Positions 46,341 through 56,627 of a DNA stretch of 64,000 nucleotides are shown here, in pieces. The notes under the pieces are model-generated. The model had not been told where the DNA came from. It saw only the letters and a list, made by a program, of their open reading frames with translations, and did not search any database. Positions within the stretch are counted from its first letter, which is position 1; each line of letters begins with the position of its first letter. Location of the stretch: the NCBI GenBank assembly GCA_024704765.1, contig JAKMXF010000221.1:62001-126000 (forward strand), given 5' to 3'. This stretch comes from Oopsacas minuta (lineage: Eukaryota; Animalia; Porifera). The position numbers and the translations under genes were made by a program.

Positions 46341-46607
46341 TAATTACATTTAATTTCTTGCATGTCTTGTTTAGAATTCTGAAAGACCCTTAATAAATAT
46401 ACAAGTACGTATAATTATATAAACATATGGACCGGAAATAGTGCCTAAGATAGTGCAATAAGATCCATCCAATGTTTTCTCTTATCCTGGAATTTTACCC
46501 GTTCTAATACCCAGAATTTTGTAATGTTTTTATATGTTAAGGTTTCGGGACTATAATTTGTTAAAATATTGATTACCGTTTTTGACTAAGTTTACGTTTA
46601 TGACTAC

Positions 46608-48610
46608 ATGATGTCTCTGTCTCATGTCAATCGCAAAGAAGCTGAATTTACTTTTCATACATGTGACGATGGTAACAAAGGGTTTCTCGACAAGGAAGAT
46701 TATAAAACTGCCGTAATTTCACTGTTCGGACTAATGCCTACTGATTCGGAGATAGATGAGGTATTTGTGGCAGGCAAAGAACAAAAGGAAGGTAGATAAA
46801 TAAAAATAAAGTATTTGTATACTAATTTTATATATTTTCATCATTTTTAAAATCTCAGAAGATGGTCTTTCCTTGAGGAAAGATAAATTTATCAATCTCA
46901 TGGTTTGGAGGAGTGGATCTGCACTAAATTGTTACAATTATGAACGACTTCTATTTGATTGTTTTGACCCACTACAAGATGGATTTATCAAAATTGAGGA
47001 TTTCGAGAAGATAGTACAAAAATATTTTCCAAAGGTAATTCAGTACAACATTCAAAGACATATTTAATGTCACGTAATTACAATCCAGTACGTAAAAAGT
47101 TCGATACAGTTATAGCTTGAAATCGGAAAGAGTGACAAGCAATATTCCGCAAAGAATGAATACGAATGCACTTAGGAAGAGAATCAGATTCACCTTTCCT
47201 TGAATCTCCCTGAAAACGAGTATACCCCAAATGGAAGAGATAATAGGAGGGCCAGATGATACTAATGGGTACGAAATTGAAGTGGACACTATCCCGTTAA
47301 CGTATATCCATACCATGGTTCCTGTTGCCCATATTCCACCAGAAATTATCCCAGGCAAGAGAGCTTGTGGGTAGATGCTTGGTTTATTCAATTTCACAAT
47401 AGAGTATACTACTAGGATTAGAGTAGCCATAAGGAATATCCCTGTAGTGTAAGGAAATGCATAGTCTAAGCTATCTGCACTATAATACGTATTGTTATGA
47501 GACAGGGTGGTCATTATGCTAATTGGTAGGAACATGAAGCCGTAGAATGTACCCGACATAAACCCCAGACTAACTCCTAGAATCTTTCTAAATATAGGAT
47601 GTAGTGACTCTATACAAGCTAGATCATCTTCATTACTCTTGTCTATTGCTCTAACATCAGCATTAATAGTTTTATAAGGAATAGAAGTGGAAGAGGAATT
47701 GGGTTGCTTATCCTCAGGATCTCCGAGAAGGGGGGTTCTTTCACGATTTTTCTGAGTTTCTTGTTTCTTTAGAGTAGGTTTTACAAATGCGATCAGAAAT
47801 CCTCCTATAATACAAACTAGTACTCCTACATAGTTCATGATCGGATAACAGAGCACTTTCTTATCAATTCCGAACATACCGAATGTACTAGTCGCCCATC
47901 CTACAACCATAGAAGTGATTGCCCATATTAGGAACCCAACAGATAGGCCCAGAAGCTTTATTATTGGAACCACACATACGTTACCCAGTGACCAAATAGC
48001 TCCACCGATTGCTGCCTCTATATAGAAACGAGGGAATTGCTGAATGCCGTATGTAATGAGTCCTCCTATTAGGATAGCTACTGACATTACCCATTGGAAG
48101 AATACTCCATCTCCTGTCTCGAACTTCTTAACTGGGACATAGTTACTTCCATAACATAAAGTCGGTATTATAGTGAGTACAATACCTACTAACATGCCAG
48201 GAGAATTAGAAGTATCATTAGAAGTAGATTTGTTAGTAGCTAGTTCACATGTAGTTTGTGCTGATGCTGAGGGAGTAGAGAGCAAGAGCAAGACTGATAC
48301 CAACAGTATGGATAAAGTGGTAATACAATGAAAATACATTGTAGTGGCAGAGGTAGGCCTAATTGCTAAGATGATAAGCTTAAAATACTAGTTATAGATC
48401 TAGCATTGTCTCAAGGTTAAGATCAATTTACAATTGCATACTTCACTTCAGTCTAGCACCTAATAATAATTTTATGAGTATATCATTGTGTAGACGGAGA
48501 GAGCTTTCACTCAGGAGGTATTCAACAAGATAGATATTGATTGTGACAGTAAACTAAGTTACAAAGAATTCACTATATTCTTGCAACAGTCTGCAAGCAT
48601 ACTTACATAA
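46608..48610 (+). CDS. EFCAB11: EF-hand calcium-binding protein EFCAB11; exons 46608-46791, 46859-47034, 48494-48610
   Basis: CDDGNKGFLDKEDYKTAVISLFG; FDCFD..QDGFIKIEDF; the last exon (phase-0 junction PK|TER) supplies VFNKIDIDCDSKLSYKEF, the final EF hand. Confidence 0.85.
47110..48339 (-). CDS. TMEM144: TMEM144 (DMT superfamily transporter), intronless
   Basis: Signal peptide; YGSNYVPVKKFETGDGVFFQWVM; GGAIWSLGN; YAFPYTTGIF; PGIISGGIW; about 10 TM segments. Confidence 0.93.
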   Translation of the reverse strand: MYFHCITTLSILLVSVLLLLSTPSASAQTTCELATNKSTSNDTSNSPGMLVGIVLTIIPTLCYGSNYVPVKKFETGDGVFFQWVMSVAILIGGLITYGIQQFPRFYIEAAIGGAIWSLGNVCVVPIIKLLGLSVGFLIWAITSMVVGWATSTFGMFGIDKKVLCYPIMNYVGVLVCIIGGFLIAFVKPTLKKQETQKNRERTPLLGDPEDKQPNSSSTSIPYKTINADVRAIDKSNEDDLACIESLHPIFRKILGVSLGFMSGTFYGFMFLPISIMTTLSHNNTYYSADSLDYAFPYTTGIFLMATLILVVYSIVKLNKPSIYPQALLPGIISGGIWATGTMVWIYVNGIVSTSISYPLVSSGPPIISSIWGILVFREIQGKVNLILFLSAFVFILCGILLVTLSDFKL

Positions 48611-49164
48611 CGATTGTATTATATCTATGTCTCAACCTTTGGTAAAATATTTATGAACCAAAATACAAATAACTTTTGAGCTGAATAAACAAAATATGGT
48701 ATTGCTATGAATGGCTTAAACATCTTAGGGCTGCGGTATAAACACATTGAGCATCTGGCATATTGGTTACCATTACTCAGCTCTATATGACTATTATAAT
48801 TATTAATGGGATCTACTTACTCTACTACATCTATGTATTAATTATATCTAATAATTCAGATAATACATTTACTCGTAAACTACTTAATATAAGGAGGGAT
48901 AAATATGAAGCGCTTGTTCGTCTAGCTTCAGTATATTTGCTAATATCACGAGTTATTGACTTTGAATTAACTACATTGCACTTCTTATTTATCCCTGGTC
49001 CAGAAAATAATTGTAATTTCCAGTCCTTATATTACGTAATTCACGATCTACCGTAATTTCTCTGTTGTCTAGTGGCTGAAATATAAACATTTTATTATGC
49101 GTGATTTATATTATATTGAAATACTAGATAATTGTTGTTTTCAGCAATAACTTGGATAAATCAC

Positions 49165-50190
49165 ATGGATAACTCGAAGGTGTTATTTAGGCAGTGGTTG
49201 AAGATAGGGGGAGCCATCATATTCTACTGGTGTAACTCCATAGGGATGATATTCTTTAACAAATTTCTCTTCAGTTCGAAAGATCTAGATTTGAATGCTC
49301 CCTTGTTCGTAACTTGGTTTCAAGGTATCATAACTGTTCTATTTTGTTTGATAGGTGGAATTACAATCGGTGACTCTATCCCAATAATTGGAACATTTCC
49401 TAAAATCACTTTTGACTTTAAAATGGCATCTAACTGCTTGCTACTGTCTGTAGTAACTGCCATATCTATAACATTTAAGAATCTAACACTCACAAAGATA
49501 GAAATCGCGTTCTATAGCGTTAGTTTAGCTATGGGAACTATTTTCACTGTATTATTCTCATGGATGATTTTGAAGCAACGTATTTCAATAGTCATTATGT
49601 TAACCTGTGTTGTTATAGTAGCAGGATTTGCATTGAGTGTGGAACAGCAAAGGGAGCTCGCAGGTTTATCAATGGTTGGCCTATTCTATGGTGTCATGTC
49701 TTCAATCATTGGTCCGCTCTCACAAATCCAGCTCAAGAGAACCCTTTCCATTGTAAACAATCTATGGGTCTTAACTTTCTATACTAATTTCAATGTATTA
49801 TTCATCTATCCAGTGCTGTCTATTATGTTAGGTGAATATGAGAGTCTTATGAAATTTAAACAACTAACCAATCCGTTCTTCTGGGTGCTACTGACACTCA
49901 GTGGATTCGTGGGAGTATCTCTATCAATTGCCATTTCGCTTCAAGTATCATTGACTTCTCCTCTCACTTCCAACATCAGTGGAGTTGCCAAAAACTGCAT
50001 ACAAACTGTCCTAGCCGTTTTGGTTAATCCTGAAGCTAAGTCAGGGACCTGGTGGCTAGGAAATTTGGCCATTCTTGGGGGCTCAGGTGCATACACAATC
50101 GTTCGTATGGAGGAAATGAAAGTTCAAACCGTGAAAGTTGTGTCGAGTGAAGTTAAGATGGAGGAAGGAATAGTTGATGAAAAGTCTTGA
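49165..50190 (+). CDS. SLC35C1: Nucleotide-sugar transporter, GDP-fucose transporter-like, intronless
   Basis: YWCNSIGMIFFNKFL..DLDLNAPLFVTWFQ; TSPLTSNISGVAKNCIQT. ATG at 49165. Confidence 0.82.
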   Translation: MDNSKVLFRQWLKIGGAIIFYWCNSIGMIFFNKFLFSSKDLDLNAPLFVTWFQGIITVLFCLIGGITIGDSIPIIGTFPKITFDFKMASNCLLLSVVTAISITFKNLTLTKIEIAFYSVSLAMGTIFTVLFSWMILKQRISIVIMLTCVVIVAGFALSVEQQRELAGLSMVGLFYGVMSSIIGPLSQIQLKRTLSIVNNLWVLTFYTNFNVLFIYPVLSIMLGEYESLMKFKQLTNPFFWVLLTLSGFVGVSLSIAISLQVSLTSPLTSNISGVAKNCIQTVLAVLVNPEAKSGTWWLGNLAILGGSGAYTIVRMEEMKVQTVKVVSSEVKMEEGIVDEKS

Positions 50191-50369
50191 TTCAAGTATA
50201 TTAACTCATTCTATAGGTCACTATCATAGTAACCCTAGTTTTACGGAGAAATTTTTCAGGCAGTATATTACACAAATCTATATTATTAAATAAATTATAT
50301 TAACAAAGCTAACAACCTTCACACGACAATACAGTTCTTAATTAATCTGGCTTTGATTGGTTGCTATTG

Positions 50370-51395
<1,026 letters not shown>

Positions 51396-51475
51396 TTACA
51401 CTTAATTTCGAAACAGTAGTTAAATATACATACGTATAAGTGTGATAAATGTAGATTATTTTATAATAAGTTTTG

Positions 51476-52075
51476 ATGCTTGGAGGAAAATCTGTTGAGT
51501 TACTTAAGGAGTTGCGTCGCTCCGAGGCTACTGAAGGACCCAATGCAATCCCGGTGTTTAACGATGAACAGGTTCGACAGGTGCTAGAAGAGATGGGAGA
51601 TCTCTTCCAACGCAATCAAGAGGAAGTACGAGCTACATCTGAAGGCGAAAGAGGCCTGTTATCTGGAATACAATTACGTCATGCTGCGTTAGAGAGGAAC
51701 AAACGTTGTTTATTAGCGTACTTACATAATAGAGCAGGAAGGATACGTCATTTAAGGTGGGAGATGGGAGGGGCAGTACCCCCTGAGTTGAAGCCTCGCC
51801 TACATGAACAAGAGATGCAATGGTTCACTAAATACAGTCGCTCATTATCTAAGTATATGTCCTCTTTGGGAGGAGGAAATGGATTGGATCTAACGAGACA
51901 TTTGCAGCCTCCGACAGGACTACACTTACAAGTACGGTGTGTGGTAGATTACGGAGAATTCGAAACAGAAGATGGAATTGTTGTGCAGCTAACTAAGAAT
52001 AGCCAGCACTTTCTACTAAAAGCTCATTGTGAGCATTTGATTAGGCAAGGCATTCTAGAACATGTTGTTAATTAA
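51476..52075 (+). CDS. GINS1: GINS complex subunit 1 (PSF1), intronless
   Basis: LERNKRCLLAYL..R..RIRHLRW, PPTGLHLQVRCVVDYGEFE, LIRQGILEHV. Confidence 0.96.
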   Translation: MLGGKSVELLKELRRSEATEGPNAIPVFNDEQVRQVLEEMGDLFQRNQEEVRATSEGERGLLSGIQLRHAALERNKRCLLAYLHNRAGRIRHLRWEMGGAVPPELKPRLHEQEMQWFTKYSRSLSKYMSSLGGGNGLDLTRHLQPPTGLHLQVRCVVDYGEFETEDGIVVQLTKNSQHFLLKAHCEHLIRQGILEHVVN

Positions 52076-52283
52076 TTATTTCGTAATTATAAATGATATG
52101 CAATTATTTATGCCAATTGTTGTTAATATTCAACAAACATGTTTATCAAATACAGTATGTGATTGCAATGCATTTAGTAATTTCTCGTCTGGTTAGTGTG
52201 AGATAATGAAGCGATTCAATTCAATAGGTATTTGGAAGATTGTCTTATATCAAGATGCCTGTTGATAATCTTTAATTTAAAGT

Positions 52284-53442
52284 ATGATCAATATCTTTGC
52301 TATCATCTTCGTATCTTCTCTTTTCGCAGTGAATACTCTGTGTCAGTTAGAATGCAGTGTCGCTCTTGAGTTCTCATTTGAAATATTTTGGGTTAAACCA
52401 AAATGCGTTCTTCCAATTGGCAGTCAAATCCCTTTTGATTTCATAATGAAACAAGTTTTAATCCAAACTATATTTTAACTTGTATCGGACCATCTAAATC
52501 TGTTGATGTTGCTTCGAACAGTGTAACGTGTATGTGCTCATTATTAGACAATGTGGCTATGAGAGTATCACTTCCTTTGATCTGCGGTGGGTTTATATTA
52601 TCGGACAATACCAGTAATAATAGTGATTCAAATTTAGTTTGGATTATTTTAGGTTCTGTTATCGCCGTAGCATTAGTCATCTTAAATTTGGTAATTTTGA
52701 GTACCGTACTGATACTGTGGATATTTGTAAGAAAGAAGAAGAAATCTAAAAACAATATACACCCTAAAGCTGATCAAGAGAGACCATCAGGTGTTATTGA
52801 AGATGAAATGTATAGTAATACCTTCATTTACCCCAAATTACCTTCCTTACCAGAATGAGTATCGGTAGATTTGAATGATTACGAATTTATTGACAAAGAA
52901 GCAACGGATATGTATACTTATAGCATCTGTTTTGATCATTGTGAAGAGCTATATCAAGTTATTAGGCAAAATAAACCTTATGGTATCAATGAGGAGTTGT
53001 ATCAAACAGTTGAGGATCAAATATCACATATTCGTACTCATTCTTCTAACGTGAATATGTCCGGAAGTAAGAGTTGTATCGTAGTGCCTACACTAGAGCA
53101 AAGAAGTACACTAGATACCAGTCATTTTAACACAGCAACAGAATTCAATTATATTCGATTCATTGATCAAGGTAATGATATAATGAGCAAGGAAGGTGAT
53201 TAGTGGGACCCTTCTGAAGATATGGAAGATTTGTATAGCCAGCTGATCAAGCTGATCAGCGTCCTGACATGAAAGATCTCGTTGCTGTACTCAGTAAGTC
53301 TGATGAGGGTTTGTTAGTTCGTGATCTGCTGGGGAACAGATCTGGTTCAACAGCACCAGCTTCCATGTTGGGTTCTGATCCAATGGCAGCGAAGGAGTTG
53401 TACAAAGATTTGCAGAACATGTTTTTGAATGTGAAGAATTAG
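52284..53442 (+). pseudogene. Disrupted receptor tyrosine kinase paralog lacking most of the kinase domain
   Basis: Signal peptide, frameshift near 52440, TM helix, in-frame stops at 52856 and 53201, Tyr-rich juxtamembrane tail. This is followed directly by the RTK C-terminus (ADQRPDMKDL...AKELYKDLQN, stop 53442). Confidence 0.75.
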
Positions 53443-53849
53443 TCCTCTCCGGCTTATAGTTGTAGCGTTAACTAAGTAATACAAGGTTGTAGATTTTATA
53501 CTTTTGTAAATTAGAATGTTTAAAGTTATATATTTGTGTATTTGTAGTGATAGTAATAGACTGGGCTGTATAAAGCAAATGTGCGTGACCTGGGACATAT
53601 GGCACCAACAGTTAGATATGGATAATTATCTAGTGGGAAGTGCTCCTTAGTGGCCCAAACTGCCTACCGATGTAACCCACATTATTACTGTAATTCTAAT
53701 TTGATAATAATCTAGGACAATTTCCCTACTCCCGAAAGTAACGATTAAACCAAAACTATAGAATTCTATGCGAATACTTAACACTTGTGAATATTTACAC
53801 AACTTAGTCTACTATCTACATACACAAAAATAACAAATTCAATATTATT

Positions 53850-56018
53850 TTATTGCGCTGTAAGGTATTTGTTTTGTAAATCTTTATACAAATGTTTTGC
53901 TTCTGCTGGTTCTGCTCCCAAAATGAAACTCTTTTCTTCCAATCCATCCTCCAGCAGATCACGAACTAACAAACCCTCATCAGACTTACTGAGTACAGCA
54001 ACGAGATCTTTCATGTCAGGACGCTGATCAGCTTTAGGATGCCATGTACTAACCATGAGTTCATAGATAGCACGAGGACAACCAGCTGGAGGGGGCAGAT
54101 TTACACCCCGAGCTATCTTCTCTACAGCACTCCTGTTGTCCTCATACGGCCACGGCTTCCTGCCTACCGACCAGATCTCATACAGTAGCATACCGTAGCT
54201 CCATATGTCAGCCTTGAGAGTGAAACGTTTGAAGAAGATAGCCTCAGGGGCAGACCATTTGACAGGGAGTTTGTTACTCCCTTTCACCCTGTAATAATCT
54301 GATTCAGCTTCTAATCGTCGTGACATACCAAAGTCTGCTATCTTACATACACACTTGTCTGTGAGGAGAATATTCCTTGCAGCGATATCTCTGTGTATAC
54401 ATCCCTTCTCAGCTAGATGCTGCATTCCACTTGCCACTTGTCTGCCGAAGGATAGGAAATGAGGTGATATAGTATCATAGTCTAGTTCTTGATTGTGTTG
54501 TGTCAGTAGAGCGTCTAGGAAACGTTTCAATTCTTCTTGCATCAGTTCTGTCACGATCATGTTAGGAGTTGTGAGTGTTACTACACCCACTAATCTGAGA
54601 ATGTTAGGATGAGAGAATTGACCTAAAATAGCTGCTTCCTGGAGGAAAGAAGTTTTTAACTTCTCTCCACTCGCATCATCTTGTCTCTCTTTCAGCACTT
54701 TTATTGCTACCGCAACTTCTCCCAGAGGACTGTTCCATAAAGCTTTAACAACAGATCCAAACTCCCCTGTCCCTAGGGTTTCAGTTATGCTCATGGTGTC
54801 GGGATTTATTTCTCTTAACTTCATGCTAGACATTCTATCGTACAATTCTACATTCGTATCAGGTGGATATTTGAACGTTTCACCTAGATTCTGATAAATG
54901 TGTGCTGTCTTCCCACCTGGCATCTCATTAGCATAAGCCACAAACCCTGGACTATCTATTTGAGTGCTATTTCTCTCCGTGTAGGAGGGCACCTTAAGGA
55001 AAGCTAACGTTCCTGCATTGTTGACAGAGGTGTTCAATCTTCTCATCTGGATATCGTTTTGAAACCATGGATCATCTGTTTGTGACCCTCTCCAATCTTT
55101 CTCGCTAATAATTGCGTACATATCTTCTGTCAAATCTCTTACATTATTGAGAGAAAATCCGTGAACAACTTCCTCTTCAATACTTCCATAAATGTCCTGT
55201 TCTTGAGTTTTAGAGCTCGTAGGCCTATATATATAATAATTGTGTGTATTATCAGAACCTGTTATGTTTGTATAAAGAGGTATACTTGATAGAGTCGTGT
55301 CTATTTCATTGTATGCAGGTTCTCTTGCTTCGGCCTTTTTTACTTTCTTTCTACGTAACAGTATTATTACCAATATTATGACGAATATTATACCAACTAA
55401 TATTAAAATTATAAATATTATAGGTATGGTTACAACGGCGTATAATTTACTCCTATCTGTTTGTGGTTGAATTGTCACATTTTGAGTTACTGTTACTTGA
55501 GTTGTTTGGCCACTTGTAGTTGTTGAAACGGTTGTGGATTCAAGAGTTGTTGCTAGAGTAGAGCTAGTTGTAGAGCTAGTTGTAGAGCTAGTTGTAGAGC
55601 TAGTTGTAGTTAGTATAGTGTCAAAGGTTTGAGTCGTGATGAGGTCAGGAATGACTACTGATCGTCCATCTATGGTTCTAACACTGCATATGCCTTTCAA
55701 AAAACAATTAAGACTTTGCAAATGACAGATAAAACAACTACAGCTTGCGAAGTCTTCACTCGCTCCCAAACAAGTTTTACAAATGAAATAGTAAAGTGAA
55801 CCGATATCAGTTAAATCTTCCCCCAACATGGTATCATTCCTCCCACTATATAGATCTGGAGGACATACGCGGTTGATAAACCAGTCCTCATTTACTGGAT
55901 TGTTATAGATCACTTTGATATCACAGGTTTGGTCAGTACACTCCTGTGCATTGACATATCCTGTCGCGAAGAGTAGTATACCTATTAAATATTCAAAATG
56001 CAGAGATAAGCAAGGCAT
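53850..56018 (-). CDS. Receptor tyrosine kinase, intronless (short Cys-rich ectodomain, Thr/Ser stalk, TM, TyrK)
   Basis: LGTGEFGSV, VAIKVL, HRDIAARNIL, DFGMSR, LPVKWSAPE, DIWSYG; signal peptide and one TM helix. Confidence 0.95.
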   Translation of the reverse strand: MPCLSLHFEYLIGILLFATGYVNAQECTDQTCDIKVIYNNPVNEDWFINRVCPPDLYSGRNDTMLGEDLTDIGSLYYFICKTCLGASEDFASCSCFICHLQSLNCFLKGICSVRTIDGRSVVIPDLITTQTFDTILTTTSSTTSSTTSSTTSSTLATTLESTTVSTTTSGQTTQVTVTQNVTIQPQTDRSKLYAVVTIPIIFIILILVGIIFVIILVIILLRRKKVKKAEAREPAYNEIDTTLSSIPLYTNITGSDNTHNYYIYRPTSSKTQEQDIYGSIEEEVVHGFSLNNVRDLTEDMYAIISEKDWRGSQTDDPWFQNDIQMRRLNTSVNNAGTLAFLKVPSYTERNSTQIDSPGFVAYANEMPGGKTAHIYQNLGETFKYPPDTNVELYDRMSSMKLREINPDTMSITETLGTGEFGSVVKALWNSPLGEVAVAIKVLKERQDDASGEKLKTSFLQEAAILGQFSHPNILRLVGVVTLTTPNMIVTELMQEELKRFLDALLTQHNQELDYDTISPHFLSFGRQVASGMQHLAEKGCIHRDIAARNILLTDKCVCKIADFGMSRRLEAESDYYRVKGSNKLPVKWSAPEAIFFKRFTLKADIWSYGMLLYEIWSVGRKPWPYEDNRSAVEKIARGVNLPPPAGCPRAIYELMVSTWHPKADQRPDMKDLVAVLSKSDEGLLVRDLLEDGLEEKSFILGAEPAEAKHLYKDLQNKYLTAQ
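55557..55608. repeat. 12-bp coding tandem repeat (Thr-Thr-Ser-Ser) in the RTK stalk
   Basis: (AGAGCTAGTTGT) x ~4 on the + strand. Confidence 0.85.
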
Positions 56019-56627
56019 TTTAAATCCTAGTGGCTGTTAAATTATAGACGTTCTTATATAAACCAGCCATTGTGACCTACACATGCAAAAGGTCTTGTTT
56101 CAGTATACACTTTTAAATATGTAGGCTTTTACAGTTGCAGTTGATGGTGCAGCTTGTATTTACTGTCATATGTGGACAAGTAGTAACGGATTCGGTTGCT
56201 ACATTATTACGCGAATTTGCTCACTTGTTTAATATACTAGAAATTATAGGAACTCTACAACTAATAATGAACTCAATATCCTATTTAAATTGTTAATATT
56301 AGCAGAGCCATGGCCATTGCTGAACTCAAATTACTTTTTTCTATTTTCTATTAGAGCCATTACTTGCTAATATATGTTACACTATAGCAATTTTTTTTGC
56401 ACAAAGGTAATGTATGTAATGTAATTATGCCATAGTACCAGTATAGCGTGAACGGGAATAGATATTCTAAACTACAACACATTGAAATCTGAAATTTCAA
56501 AAAATTCATGAATTTGCATCTTTATCAGATTGTGAAATATGGAATCTTGATTAATTTCCTAGTTTGCCACAACATAATTTATGTAATTCCTACCACTACA
56601 ACCTAGATAATTGTTATATTACTAGCT

